From an uncultured delta proteobacterium (GTDB lineage Bacteria > Desulfobacterota > Binatia > Binatales > Binataceae): a stretch of DNA of 64,000 nucleotides. Where the stretch lies: positions 1,376,001-1,440,000 of the forward strand of contig CAWEEQ010000004.1 of assembly GCA_963808235.1 (NCBI GenBank). Direction: 5' to 3'. Shown here piece by piece: positions 20,334-31,039 of this stretch. The stretch's first letter is position 1, and every line of letters begins with the position of its first letter. The translations under genes were made by a program, and so were the position numbers. Under the pieces are notes generated by a model. The model had not been told where the DNA came from. It did not search any database and was given only the letters and a program-made list of their open reading frames with translations.

Positions 20334-21231
20334 CGTTCCTCACGATTCGATCGATGAAGATCTGTTCGAGCGAGGGCTCCATCACCTGGAACCTTTTCAC
20401 GTGCAGCACCTTCATCGCGGCTTGCAGCAGCGCTTGCGAATCGGCGCCGGGTTTCAGGCGCAACTCAGCGTGGTTGCCGTAGTCGTTCAATGATTCGATC
20501 AGCGGATTTGCGGCCAGGCAGCGGCCGTCGCCGTCGTAGTCGATTTGCACGAACCGCCGCCCGTATCCGGATTTGATTTCGTTGAGGCTTCCCTGCAGCA
20601 CCGACTTGCCGCGATCGATAAGCAGGATCGAGTCGCACAGCTTCTCCACCTGGTCCATCCGATGGGTCGAAAAGAGGATCGTCTTGCCCGCGCCACGAAG
20701 TTCCATGAGGACGTCTTTGAGCTGCATCGAGTTTACCGGATCGAGTCCCGCGAACGGCTCGTCCATCACGATCAGCTCTGGATCGTGCAGCAGCGCCGCG
20801 ATGAACTGGATCTTCTGCTGCATCCCCTTCGAGAGTTCCTCGACCCGGCGCTCAAGCCAGTCAACGGTTTCGAGCCGCTCGCTCCACGCGCGAATTCGCT
20901 CGAGCGCGGTGGTGACCGAAAGCCCGGCAAGTCGCGCGAGGAAAATCAGGTTGTTGCGCACCGTCATCCGGCGGTAGAGACCGCGCTCTTCGGGAAGGTA
21001 GCCGACGCGATGCAATATCTGCCGGCTGAGCGGCGCATCGAAAAGGCGGACGACGCCGGAGTCCGGTACCGTGATCCCGATCATCATTCGGATGGTGCTG
21101 GTCTTGCCCGCGCCGTTAGGCCCGAGCAGGCCAAAAATCTGTCCCGATGAAATCCCGAACGAAAGATCGTCAACGGCTACGAAGCCACCATACGATTTCC
21201 GGACTCGAGTCAGTTCGACCGTCTGCGCCAT
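20326..21231 (-). CDS. ABC transporter ATP-binding protein (YhaQ-like)
   Basis: GPNGAGKT, LSKGMQQK, MDEPFAGLDP, EPSLEQIF. Confidence 0.93.
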   Translation of the reverse strand: MAQTVELTRVRKSYGGFVAVDDLSFGISSGQIFGLLGPNGAGKTSTIRMMIGITVPDSGVVRLFDAPLSRQILHRVGYLPEERGLYRRMTVRNNLIFLARLAGLSVTTALERIRAWSERLETVDWLERRVEELSKGMQQKIQFIAALLHDPELIVMDEPFAGLDPVNSMQLKDVLMELRGAGKTILFSTHRMDQVEKLCDSILLIDRGKSVLQGSLNEIKSGYGRRFVQIDYDGDGRCLAANPLIESLNDYGNHAELRLKPGADSQALLQAAMKVLHVKRFQVMEPSLEQIFIDRIVRNDD

Positions 21232-21284
21232 CAAACGTTGGCTGCGACCGACGACCGGATACGGCGCGGCATCACTACGCCCTG

Positions 21285-22115
21285 CTAATGCGCCCATACC
21301 ATCCTGGGGTTTTGCTCCCACGGATAAACGTGAACCATCCAACCGAACACCTGCGGATAAAATCGCCCGTTCACCGCGTCGCAGTCGGCCTTGGTCGCGA
21401 TCGATCCGTTGAAGCCGAACTTCGTCCAATCTGCGGTCTTCATGTCGGTGCCGCGGGCGGGGAAGCAAAGATTGATATGCCGATGCCATCGCGCGACGCT
21501 CAGCGGCACTCGTTCGTTGAGCTGATCCGCGCTCGCGTTCTTGCGATCGGTGTACATCGCGCCAATAAGCTTGTAACCGCCGTCGGGCGTGCGCTCGTAG
21601 AGCAGCGAGGTCGGCTCGTCGGGATTGAAAGTGAACGCGGCCTTGAGGGCGTTCCAATTCCTGGTGAAATGAACGACCTTCTGATTCTTGATTTCAGGAT
21701 GAAACGGCTTGAAGCCCTCGGCCTCCGCGGCGTGATAATCCTTGTACTTGCCGAGCGCGCGCTGAAGGTCGCTCACGATGCTCGCGGCGCGCGCCTTGTC
21801 CGCGGCGGTCTCCGGCCGGAGCGCCGTGTACGCCATGTGCTTCGACATGTTCTTCATGCCTTGACCCATGTGCATATCGTGATCCATCTCGGGTCCGCCG
21901 GACATCGCCTCCATCTCGCCTTCTTTCATGTTGCCCGGATCGGGAGGGACGGTTGCCGACGTCGGTGACTTTTCGCTATCTCCCATGCTTGCGCCGCCCA
22001 TATCCATGCCCTTCATATCGTCGCCTTTCATGTTTTGCGCGAAAGCGATCGAGGCTATCGAGAGCGTCAGCGCGCATGCGACTGCGAGTCTCACGGCCAG
22101 CGATTGAGTCTTCAT
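21285..22115 (-). CDS. Exported hypothetical protein with Met/His-rich N-terminal region
   Basis: Signal peptide; MKGDDMKGMDMGG...MDHDMHMGQGM; globular domain with PTSLLYE, WHRHINLC, WMVHVYP. Confidence 0.8.
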   Translation of the reverse strand: MKTQSLAVRLAVACALTLSIASIAFAQNMKGDDMKGMDMGGASMGDSEKSPTSATVPPDPGNMKEGEMEAMSGGPEMDHDMHMGQGMKNMSKHMAYTALRPETAADKARAASIVSDLQRALGKYKDYHAAEAEGFKPFHPEIKNQKVVHFTRNWNALKAAFTFNPDEPTSLLYERTPDGGYKLIGAMYTDRKNASADQLNERVPLSVARWHRHINLCFPARGTDMKTADWTKFGFNGSIATKADCDAVNGRFYPQVFGWMVHVYPWEQNPRMVWAH

Positions 22116-22269
22116 GAGGGCGTATTCCCCGAGGGTGAGTGTAGACTTTGGAGAGCCTCTCGCCAACGGCCTTGCAGTCTCATAACTAACGTAGTCCGCT
22201 GCCCACCTTTCACCGCTTACCTGGAACTGGTGCGAGCGCTCCGTTGTGATAGACGTAGCGCGGAGTCAT

Positions 22270-23580
22270 ATGGCAAACAAAAAAGTTGTCGTGGTTGGAG
22301 CGGGAATGGCGGGCCTGGCCGCGGCGTTTCGACTACGTCAAGGTGGCGCGCAAGTCACCGTGCTCGAATCGAGCGGGCGCGTCGGCGGCAGGATCTCCAC
22401 CGACTCGCGCGACGGCTACCTGATTGAGCGTGGCGCGCAGCTCATCACCAGCACCTATCGCAACGCGCTCGGCCTGGTGAAGGAACTCGGCATCGAGTCG
22501 CAACTGAAGCCGACCAGCCCATGGGTGGCGATCGTCAAAGACGGCATCCCGCGCCGCCTGCCCTCGGGCGCGAGGTTTCCACTCTACGCGGTGAGCACCG
22601 GACTGGTCAGCATCCCGGACCTGCTGCGCTTCATCTGGCATACGACGAAATTGCGCTGGCCACCGGTCGATAACTACGCGGCGTGGGCGGATTACGACGA
22701 TGAAGACACGGCGCGATGGTGCGCGCCGCGCTTCGGCCATGCAGCCGACTACCTGGTCGAACCGCTGGTCGCCGGCGGACTGCTCTGCAAAGTCGAGGAG
22801 ACTTCGCGCGCGATGACGCTCGCAACTCTCGCGTTGACCGACAACGGTCGCAGCAAGGAGATGACGCTCAGCCGCGGACTCGGCTCGCTGCCGGAGGCGA
22901 TGGCCACGAAGGTCGAGGTCAAGCTGGAGGCTCCGGTACAATCCGTGGAAGTCGATAACGATGGAGTCAGCGTGCGGCTCTCGGGCGAGCGTCTGCGCGC
23001 CGACTACGTGGTCCTCGCGACGACGGCGCCGATCGCGTCGCGCCTGTACTCCGGAGGCAACGAAGTCGAGCGGCGACTGATGGCGACTGAGTACTCATCG
23101 ACGATCAAGATAGGACTCGCGACCAGCCGTCATTGGCGCGATGAGCCGGCACTGAAGGACGTGTGGGGATTTCTGATCCCACGTCCCGATCGCAAGATGG
23201 TGGTTTCGGCCACGCTGGAATCCGCCAAGGGTGTCGAGCGAGTGCCGGACGGCGAGTTGATCAACCTGTTCATCGACTCTGATAGCGCAGACGCGATGAT
23301 GAATTCCTCCGACGACGAAATTCTCGCCGCGGTACTGCCCGACATCGAGCGATTCTTCCATGGCGCGACCAACACCAAGCGCTTCGCGGAAATCGTGCGA
23401 TTGCCCACTGCGCTGCCTAAATCTCCAGTCGGACGCAGCAAGGATCTCGCCGAGTATCGGCGGTCGGAGCATCGACGGTTGTTTCTGGCCGGCGACTACA
23501 TGGGGATGCCGCACTTCGAGTCGGCGATCGAGACGGGGATGTGGGCGGCGGATCGAATCCTCGGCGCCGCGCACGACTGA
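22270..23580 (+). CDS. FAD-dependent oxidoreductase (protoporphyrinogen oxidase/amine oxidase family)
   Basis: VGAGMAGLAAA...LESSGRVGGR, ERGAQ, LAGDY. Confidence 0.85.
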   Translation: MANKKVVVVGAGMAGLAAAFRLRQGGAQVTVLESSGRVGGRISTDSRDGYLIERGAQLITSTYRNALGLVKELGIESQLKPTSPWVAIVKDGIPRRLPSGARFPLYAVSTGLVSIPDLLRFIWHTTKLRWPPVDNYAAWADYDDEDTARWCAPRFGHAADYLVEPLVAGGLLCKVEETSRAMTLATLALTDNGRSKEMTLSRGLGSLPEAMATKVEVKLEAPVQSVEVDNDGVSVRLSGERLRADYVVLATTAPIASRLYSGGNEVERRLMATEYSSTIKIGLATSRHWRDEPALKDVWGFLIPRPDRKMVVSATLESAKGVERVPDGELINLFIDSDSADAMMNSSDDEILAAVLPDIERFFHGATNTKRFAEIVRLPTALPKSPVGRSKDLAEYRRSEHRRLFLAGDYMGMPHFESAIETGMWAADRILGAAHD

Positions 23581-23587
23581 AGCCGAC

Positions 23588-24311
23588 ATGCGGTTCATAC
23601 CGGTATTATTCGCGTCGTTCACCCTGGTCTCGACCGGGCTTGGCGGTCTCGCGGCGATTCGATTGCGCGACCGGCTTCATCTGCTGCTGGGCTTCAGTTC
23701 GGGCGCGGTGCTGGCGGTGGCGCTATTCGATATATTGCCCGAGATTTTTTCGTTCGATCGCGGCGCCTCGTACATGCCGCTGGTCGCGGTCGGGTTCCTC
23801 TTCTTTTTCGCGCTCGAGCGCTACACGGCTCTTCACGGCGCCCGCGAACATCTGCACGAGCAGGAAGCTCATGAGCAGGAGCTTGGCGCGATCTCTGCCG
23901 CCGGTCTCGCGATGCATAGTTTTCTCGACGGGGTCGCGATCGGAATTGGATTTCAGACTAGCTCCGCGATGGGACTGCTGATCGCGCTCGGCGTTATCGC
24001 GCACGATTTCAGCGATGGCCTCAACACGGTGACAGTCGTACTGGCGCATCAGAATCCACTGCGGCGCGCGGTCTTCTGGCTGGTGATCGATATGCTGACG
24101 CCGGTTCTCGGCGCCGCGACTACTCTGGCATTCACACTGAGAGGCGGATTGCTACCGTGCCTGCTCGCATTCTTCGCGGGCTCGTTTCTTTATATCGGCG
24201 CCTCGGATCTGCTGCCGGAAGCGCGCGAGCACGACTCGCCATTGGTCGCCGCTCGCCACCTGCCTCGGGATGCTGATGATCTATCTGATCACCCGATTCC
24301 TGCGTACCTAA
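23588..24311 (+). CDS. ZIP family metal transporter (probable frameshift near 24250)
   Basis: HSFLDG, AHDFSDG, GSFLYIGASDLLPEA; last TM (LATCLGMLMIYLITRFLRT) lies in another frame. Confidence 0.88.
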
Positions 24312-24331
24312 CAGGCTAACAGGCCAGTCGA

Positions 24332-25579
24332 TCACATATTCTCGACGATCGCTTTCCCGAACTCCGAGCATTTGAGCAGCTTCGCGCCGGTCATCAGCCG
24401 CTCGAAGTCGTAGGTCACCGTCTTGTTCGCGATTGTCTTTTCGAGTCCGCGGATGATGCCGTCGGCAACCTCCTGCCATCCCATGTGCTCGAACATCAGC
24501 ACGCCCGAAAGAATCACCGAGCCCGGGTTCACCTTGTCCTGATTGGCGTACTTGGGCGCGGTGCCGTGCGTCGCTTCGAAGATCGCGTGACCGGTCAGGT
24601 AGTTGATGTTGGCTCCAGGAGCGATTCCGATTCCACCGACCTGCGCCGCCAGCGCGTCGGAAATATAGTCGCCGTTCAGGTTCATGGTCGCGACCACGTC
24701 GAATTCATCGGGACGAGTGAGGATTTGCTGCAGCGTGATATCCGCGATCGCATCCTTGACCAGCAACTCGCCGGCGGGCGGCTTGCCGTTGCAATCGTCC
24801 CATCCCACCGCCTTGCCCTTGTACTCGCGGCGGACGAGTTCATAGCCCCAATCGCGGAACGCGCCCTCCGTGTACTTCATGATGTTGCCCTTATGGACCA
24901 TCGTGACGCTCTTGCGCTTGTGGGCGATCGCATATTCCAGCGCGGCGCGAATCAGGCGCTCCGAGCCTTCGCGCGAGATCGGCTTGATTCCGATCCCCGA
25001 AGTATTGGGGAAGCGGATTTTTTTCACGCCCATCTCGTCCTGCAAAAATTTGATTAGCTTCTTCGCTTCGGGCGATTCCGCCGGCCATTCGATTCCCGCG
25101 TAAATGTCCTCGGTGTTCTCGCGGAAGATCACGACGTCGAGTTTCTCGGGATGCTTGACCGGACTCGGCACGCCGGTGAAATAGCGCACCGGGCGAAGGC
25201 ATACGTAGAGGTCGAGCATCTGGCGCAGCGCGACGTTGAGCGAGCGGATCCCGCCGCCGATCGGAGTCGTGAGCGGTCCCTTGATCCCGACCAGGAACTC
25301 GCGGAACGCCTCGACGGTTTCATCGGGCAGCCACGTCTTCCACTGCGTGAAGGGCTTCTCGCCCGCGAACACTTCCATCCACGCGATCTTGCGCTTGCCG
25401 CCGTAAATTTTCTTGACCGCGTTGTCGAAGACGTACTGCGACGCGCGCCAGATATCGGGGCCGGTGCCATCGCCTTCGATAAACGGAATTATCGGCTGGT
25501 CAGGAACATTCAACTTGTGGCCGGCGCCAAGAGTGATCTTTTTGCCGTCGCTCGGAACCTTGATGTGCTCGTATGCCAT
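24332..25579 (-). CDS. icd: NADP-dependent isocitrate dehydrogenase
   Basis: [50 protein letters not shown]. Confidence 0.97.
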   Translation of the reverse strand: MAYEHIKVPSDGKKITLGAGHKLNVPDQPIIPFIEGDGTGPDIWRASQYVFDNAVKKIYGGKRKIAWMEVFAGEKPFTQWKTWLPDETVEAFREFLVGIKGPLTTPIGGGIRSLNVALRQMLDLYVCLRPVRYFTGVPSPVKHPEKLDVVIFRENTEDIYAGIEWPAESPEAKKLIKFLQDEMGVKKIRFPNTSGIGIKPISREGSERLIRAALEYAIAHKRKSVTMVHKGNIMKYTEGAFRDWGYELVRREYKGKAVGWDDCNGKPPAGELLVKDAIADITLQQILTRPDEFDVVATMNLNGDYISDALAAQVGGIGIAPGANINYLTGHAIFEATHGTAPKYANQDKVNPGSVILSGVLMFEHMGWQEVADGIIRGLEKTIANKTVTYDFERLMTGAKLLKCSEFGKAIVENM

Positions 25580-25812
25580 CGGTGTAGCTATTCGCCCCTA
25601 ATCGGTTTGTGTGATCGAGCGGGAAATTCAGGTGCGCACCATGGCGCCCCACCCCGCTCGCTTTGTGCAGCTATCATATAGCAATGGATTCGTGATGCCA
25701 GTATCGAAGATCGCTGCCAACTTCGTTCACGGTTGCGGGCCGATCGCGCTATAGTCTGTCGGCGAATTGATTTTCACGAATCGAGGCCGCGAGCTTCAAG
25801 CGGAGCATCACG

Positions 25813-27027
25813 ATGGACTTCACCTACACCCCGGAACAGGACAAATTTCGCGCCGAGCTGCGCGGATGGCTCGAAGAGAATTCTGCCGAAGCATTCGGGC
25901 GCAAGGGCGAGGGCCTCGGCGGCTCGACTGCGAGCCTGCTCGACGTTCGCGACGACGGCCGCTGGAATCAGCTCCTCGATTACCATCGGCGCCTCTACAA
26001 AGCCGGGTACATCGCGATGCACTGGCCCAAGGAATGGGGCGGCGGCGGCGCGAACATGATCGATCAATCGATTTACCAGGACGAAGTGTTGCGGCTCGGA
26101 CTCCCGCTCTACGGCGCCAATCAACTCGCGATCGATCGTATCGGCCCGACCATCATGCATCTCGGCACCGAGGCGCAGAAAAAGCGTCATCTCGCCCCGA
26201 TGCTCACCGGTGAACAGATTTGGTGCCAGGGTTATTCGGAGCCGGGCGCGGGCTCCGATCTCGCGGGCCTGAATACGCGCGCGGTGCTCGACGGCGACAC
26301 CTTCGTCGTCAACGGTCAAAAAGTGTGGACGAGTTTGGCGCATCGCGCCGATTGGCAAGTGCTGCTGGTCCGCACCGATCCGAGCGCCCCCAAGCACAAG
26401 GGGATTTCCTACCTGCTCGTCGATATGCACAGTCCGGGAATCACCGTGCGTCCGCTCGTGCAGATAACCGGCGACGCCGGCTTCAACGAAGTCTTTTACG
26501 ACAACGTGCGCGTGCCCAAGGAAAACCTGGTCGGCGATCTGAACGCGGGATGGCAGGTATCGATCGCGACCCTGATGTACGAGCGCGTCTCCGGCGGTAC
26601 CCGCCATCCGGTGGAGCGCACGATCGGCGAGCTGGTCGACCTCGCGAAGAAAGTCGATTTCGAGGGGAGGCCCGCGCGCGCGCATCCGTACGTCCGCCAA
26701 AAACTCGCGCAGTTCGCGACCGAGGCGCGATGCTTAAGACTCAGCCGCTACCGCTCGCTCTCGGCGCAGCTCAAAGGCAAAGTGCCCGGCGCGGAAAGCT
26801 CGTTCGGCAAGCTATTCGCGACGGAGCTCAATCTCCGAGTCGCGATGTTCGCCGACGAGATGCTCGGCGCGTTCGCCGGCGTTGAGTCTGGCAGTCCTGG
26901 CGCAGTCGAAGGCGGCCGCTGGATGCATCGCACGCTCGCGGCGCGCGGCCTCACTATCGCCGCGGGCTCGAGCGAGATTCAGCACAACATCATCGGCGAG
27001 CGCGTCCTGAAGTTGCCGAAGGGCTAG
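25813..27027 (+). CDS. Acyl-CoA dehydrogenase family protein
   Basis: WCQGYSEPGAGSDLA, NGQKVWTS, FNEVF, TIAAGSSEIQHNIIGERVL. Confidence 0.93.
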   Translation: MDFTYTPEQDKFRAELRGWLEENSAEAFGRKGEGLGGSTASLLDVRDDGRWNQLLDYHRRLYKAGYIAMHWPKEWGGGGANMIDQSIYQDEVLRLGLPLYGANQLAIDRIGPTIMHLGTEAQKKRHLAPMLTGEQIWCQGYSEPGAGSDLAGLNTRAVLDGDTFVVNGQKVWTSLAHRADWQVLLVRTDPSAPKHKGISYLLVDMHSPGITVRPLVQITGDAGFNEVFYDNVRVPKENLVGDLNAGWQVSIATLMYERVSGGTRHPVERTIGELVDLAKKVDFEGRPARAHPYVRQKLAQFATEARCLRLSRYRSLSAQLKGKVPGAESSFGKLFATELNLRVAMFADEMLGAFAGVESGSPGAVEGGRWMHRTLAARGLTIAAGSSEIQHNIIGERVLKLPKG

Positions 27028-27515
27028 TGCGCCGAATCGAGCAGCTTCTGCAGATTGCTTGCGTCGCCACGATCGCTCGCGGTCTCACCGGCGCGATCGT
27101 AGAGGACGTTCCCTGCGCTATCGATCACCGCGATCGTCGGGATGTATCCATGATAGTAGCGCGCGATCAATCCGCGCTGTGCGAGTGACGGGCTTCTCAA
27201 ATCCACGACAACAAAGTGAATCTTGTCCTTGTATTGCGGATAGAGATGCACCAGCCGCTCCGCTTCGCGCGCAGTGTTCCAGCAGTTCGCGGTCCCGAAG
27301 AAAATAACCGTCGCGTGACCGCTCGCAAGAGAACCATCGGAAAGATTCTCCCCTACGATAGGAAAATTGGAACTCGAATCGTCGGTGAATGAAAGATCTG
27401 GTGCGAGCTTAAGGTCGGCGGCGGACCGCCGAGATTGCGCTGCGAGAGCGATACCGAACACCAGCGCGGCCACGATAGAAACCGCAAATGCGAGCGGCTT
27501 GATATTTCGCTTCAT
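27024..27515 (-). CDS. Exported thioredoxin-like protein with CxxT site
   Basis: Signal peptide; VIFFGTANCWNT, HFVVVD, YIPTIAVID. Confidence 0.65.
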   Translation of the reverse strand: MKRNIKPLAFAVSIVAALVFGIALAAQSRRSAADLKLAPDLSFTDDSSSNFPIVGENLSDGSLASGHATVIFFGTANCWNTAREAERLVHLYPQYKDKIHFVVVDLRSPSLAQRGLIARYYHGYIPTIAVIDSAGNVLYDRAGETASDRGDASNLQKLLDSAH

Positions 27516-27578
27516 ATCACATTAACAAACCGGCGGGGTTATATGTTCCGAGGTGCCGCGCTTCTGGAGCGAGCTCGA

Positions 27579-28136
27579 ATGACGACGCGAAATAACATTA
27601 CCACGAATTCTTCTTACGGACCGGGCGGCGACGGCGCCGAAATCGGGTATTCGATCGTCGACTCGACGCTAGGCCGCCTGATTGTCGCGGGCACCCGTCA
27701 CGGACTCTGCTTCGCGGCGATGGGCGACTCGGATCGCGCGATGGTCTCCGAACTTCGTGCCGACTATCCGAAAGCCTCGATTCGCCGCGACGACTCTCTC
27801 GCAGGCCCATGGGCGCGTGCGATCGCGAAGTATCTCGCGGGACTCTCGCCGATGCCGACGCTGCCGCTCGATATTCGCGGCACTCCGTTTCAATTGTCAG
27901 TATGGGAGCAACTCCGCGCGATACCACGCGGCGAAACGCGCTCCTACTCCGAAATCGCGCGACGAATTGGACGCCCGCGCGCGATTCGCGCCGTCGGGAC
28001 CGCGAACGGCGCAAATCCCGTCTCGATCGTCATCCCATGCCATCGCGCGCTCCGCGCCTCGGGACATCTCGGCGGCTACCGATGGGGCCTCGAACGTAAG
28101 CGCCGCCTGCTGGAACTCGAAGCGACGCGCCAATAG
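27579..28136 (+). CDS. ogt: Methylated-DNA--protein-cysteine methyltransferase
   Basis: GTPFQ, IPRGETRSY, RAVG, IPCHR active site, GGYRWG. Confidence 0.92.
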   Translation: MTTRNNITTNSSYGPGGDGAEIGYSIVDSTLGRLIVAGTRHGLCFAAMGDSDRAMVSELRADYPKASIRRDDSLAGPWARAIAKYLAGLSPMPTLPLDIRGTPFQLSVWEQLRAIPRGETRSYSEIARRIGRPRAIRAVGTANGANPVSIVIPCHRALRASGHLGGYRWGLERKRRLLELEATRQ

Positions 28137-28199
28137 TCCGTGCTGGCTTTTGCGACGAGCGGTTGCCTATCATTTTGCCGCACGCAGTGGAGGCTCGTC

Positions 28200-29450
28200 A
28201 TGAAGCTCGGCGAGATCGATCTAACCGATCTGGACATGTTTGTCCGCGGCGAACAGTACGAAGCATGGCGCGTACTGCGCGCCGAAGCGCCCGTCTTCTG
28301 GCATGAGCGCACGCTGGGCGCCGGCTTCTGGTCGATCGCGCGCTACGACGACGCGCTCAACGTCTATCACACTCCCGAGACCTACAGTTCCGAGCGAGGC
28401 ATATCGCTGGTCTTCAGCGCCGCCGGCGCCAGCGAGGAACAATCCGGGTTCGGCCAGATGATGATCATGACCGACCCGCCGCGTCACGGGAAAATCCGCT
28501 CGCTGATCAACCGGCGCCTGACGCCACGCGCAGTCAACGAATTCGAACCGCACATCCGTCAGATCTCTTCAGATGTAATCGACGAGGTGATCGAAAAGGG
28601 GGAATGCGATTTCGTCGTGGACATCGCCGGCAAGCTTCCGACCGCCGTTATCTGCGACATGATGGGCATCCCGCGCGAATACTGGGACGTGATGTTCGCG
28701 CTCGGAAATCAATCGATTGGCACCGCCGACCCCGAGTATCAGCAAGGCCGCACAGCCGCAGAAACCGGGATGGCCGCCGAGGCGCAAATCTTCAGCTACT
28801 TCTCGAAGTGGATCGACGAGCGGCGCAAAAATCCCGGCGACGATCTGATCAGCGCGTTCGTCCACGGCGACGTTGACGGTGCAAGCCTCAACGACCTCGA
28901 AGTCCTCTTCAACTGCTTCCTGCTGATCATCGGCGGCCAGGAAACCACTCGCAACGCCACCTCCGGCGGAATCCTCGCGCTGGTCGAAAACCCCGCAGAG
29001 CGCACGAAGCTCAGGAACGATCCGTCGATGCTGACGGTCGCGATGGAAGAATTTCTACGCTGGACGAGCCCCGTCACTCACATCATGCGTACCGCGACGA
29101 AGGATACCGAGATCCGCGGCCAGCGGATTCGCGCTGGCGACAAGGTCGTCATCTGGAATGCGTCGGCGAATCGCGACGAGTCGATGTTTCCCCGTCCCGA
29201 CGTCTTCGACATCGCGCGGATGCCCAATGATCATCTCGCCTTCGGCCACGGCGAGCATTTTTGCATCGGCGCAAACCTCGCGCGCCTCGAGCTGCGCGTG
29301 ATGATCGAAGAAGTGATGCGCCGAATGCCGGATCTCGAGCTCGCCGGCCCGGTCGAGCGTCTGCGCTCCAACTTCGTCGCTGGCATCAAGCACATGCCGG
29401 TGAGATTTTCGGCAAACCGCGTCGCCGCCGCGACCACCGCTCGAACTTAG
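28200..29450 (+). CDS. Cytochrome P450
   Basis: DPPRH, GGQETT I-helix, EEFLR, FGHGEHFCIGA heme motif. Confidence 0.96.
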   Translation: MKLGEIDLTDLDMFVRGEQYEAWRVLRAEAPVFWHERTLGAGFWSIARYDDALNVYHTPETYSSERGISLVFSAAGASEEQSGFGQMMIMTDPPRHGKIRSLINRRLTPRAVNEFEPHIRQISSDVIDEVIEKGECDFVVDIAGKLPTAVICDMMGIPREYWDVMFALGNQSIGTADPEYQQGRTAAETGMAAEAQIFSYFSKWIDERRKNPGDDLISAFVHGDVDGASLNDLEVLFNCFLLIIGGQETTRNATSGGILALVENPAERTKLRNDPSMLTVAMEEFLRWTSPVTHIMRTATKDTEIRGQRIRAGDKVVIWNASANRDESMFPRPDVFDIARMPNDHLAFGHGEHFCIGANLARLELRVMIEEVMRRMPDLELAGPVERLRSNFVAGIKHMPVRFSANRVAAATTART

Positions 29451-29462
29451 TCGCGCTACTCT

Positions 29463-30995
29463 TCAGTCCGCTGCTGCGTGTGCGATCGGCTCGGCCGGTT
29501 GCGCGATACGCTCGACAGCTCGCACCCGTGCCTTCTGATGATAGAGTGAGAGGTCCGCAAGGCGAGTTTCCCACCAATAGCGGATCGTGCTGCCTGACCA
29601 GTTATTTGTGATCCGCCCATCTTCGGTCTTGTACCAGCTCTTGCCGGTCGCGGCCCACACCGTCCGCTTAAGCTCCCGCTGCACGCGAGCGTCAAAGGAC
29701 TCCATCACGTCGCGGCTGAGATCGATCGACGCTAGCCCGCGCGAATCCATCTGCTCCAGGCATCCGAGAATGTAATTGGTCTGGCACTCGATCATGAAAA
29801 TGATCGAGTTGTGCCCGAGATTGGTATTCGGCCCGTACATCAGGAACAGGTTCGGAAACCCCGCAACCGTGATCCCGAGATAAGCCCGCGCCGCGCCATG
29901 CCACTCATCATTGAGAGATCGTCCGCCGACGCCTTTGATCTCCATCGGCGCCAGGAACGAGGTGGATTGGAAGCCGGTCGCCAGGATGATCACGTCGGCA
30001 GGAACGGCGCGCCCGTCTTTGGTGACGATCGCGTTTTCGGTCACGTGATCGATTCCACTCAACACCAATTCCACGTTCTCGCGGTTGAGCGCGGGAAAGT
30101 AATCGTCCGAGATCAGCATCCGCTTACCGCCGAACGGGTAGTCCGGCATCAGCGACTCCTGAAGCTTGGGATCCTTGACGGTCGTGCGCATGTAGTCCTC
30201 GGCCATCTTCTGCGTGCGAGTCACGAAAAACTTCACGCGCCGGAAGATCGGCCAATTGATCTCATGCAGACTATAGATGAACCATCGATACGCGAGCGCA
30301 AGCCCGCGATGGCGCGCGAAGCGCTCCTTCTCGGCTTCGGTGTATGCGCGATCTCCGCGCGGCACCATCCAGTTGGCGCTGCGCTGAAAGATACTGAGCT
30401 TGCGAACCTTCGGCGCGATCACCGGAACGAACTGGATCGCGCTCGCGGCGTTGCCGACCACCGCAACGTTACGATCAGTCAGGTCAACGTCGTGACGCCA
30501 TCGCGCGGAATGGAACGACACACCCTTGAAGTTCTCGAGGCCTTCGATTTTCGGAATCGCAGGACGATTGAGCTGCCCGGTCCCGCTCACCAGCACGTCG
30601 GCGACGATTTCCTCGCCAGCCGCTGTCTTCAACCGCCAAACGCTCTCGTCCGCATCCCACCGCGCACCCGCGATCTCGGTGTTGAAGCGGATGTGCCGCG
30701 CGAGATCGTACTTGCGCGCACAACTCTCCATGTACTCGAGGATTTCCGATTGTGGCGCCCACTTCCGCGACCAGTCGGTCTTCTGCTCGAACGAGAAGCA
30801 ATACGAAAACGCGGGTACGTCGCAGCATGCGCCCGGATAAGTGTTCTCGCGCCAGGTGCCGCCGATGCGCCCCGCTTTCTCGAAAATCGTGAAACTGTCG
30901 ACCCCGCGCTTCTTGAGTTGAATAGCGAGGCACAGCCCCGCGAACCCGGAGCCGATAATCGCGATACGCCGTGAACCGTCAGCGGACTTAATCAT
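29463..30995 (-). CDS. Baeyer-Villiger-type flavin monooxygenase
   Basis: GSGFAG, GGTWRENTYPGACCD, FKGVSFHSARW, ATGF, GPNT. Confidence 0.92.
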   Translation of the reverse strand: MIKSADGSRRIAIIGSGFAGLCLAIQLKKRGVDSFTIFEKAGRIGGTWRENTYPGACCDVPAFSYCFSFEQKTDWSRKWAPQSEILEYMESCARKYDLARHIRFNTEIAGARWDADESVWRLKTAAGEEIVADVLVSGTGQLNRPAIPKIEGLENFKGVSFHSARWRHDVDLTDRNVAVVGNAASAIQFVPVIAPKVRKLSIFQRSANWMVPRGDRAYTEAEKERFARHRGLALAYRWFIYSLHEINWPIFRRVKFFVTRTQKMAEDYMRTTVKDPKLQESLMPDYPFGGKRMLISDDYFPALNRENVELVLSGIDHVTENAIVTKDGRAVPADVIILATGFQSTSFLAPMEIKGVGGRSLNDEWHGAARAYLGITVAGFPNLFLMYGPNTNLGHNSIIFMIECQTNYILGCLEQMDSRGLASIDLSRDVMESFDARVQRELKRTVWAATGKSWYKTEDGRITNNWSGSTIRYWWETRLADLSLYHQKARVRAVERIAQPAEPIAHAAAD

Positions 30996-31039
30996 AGAAA
31001 TACTATTAGTGGGGATCGCTGCGGATTACCAAACCAGCG

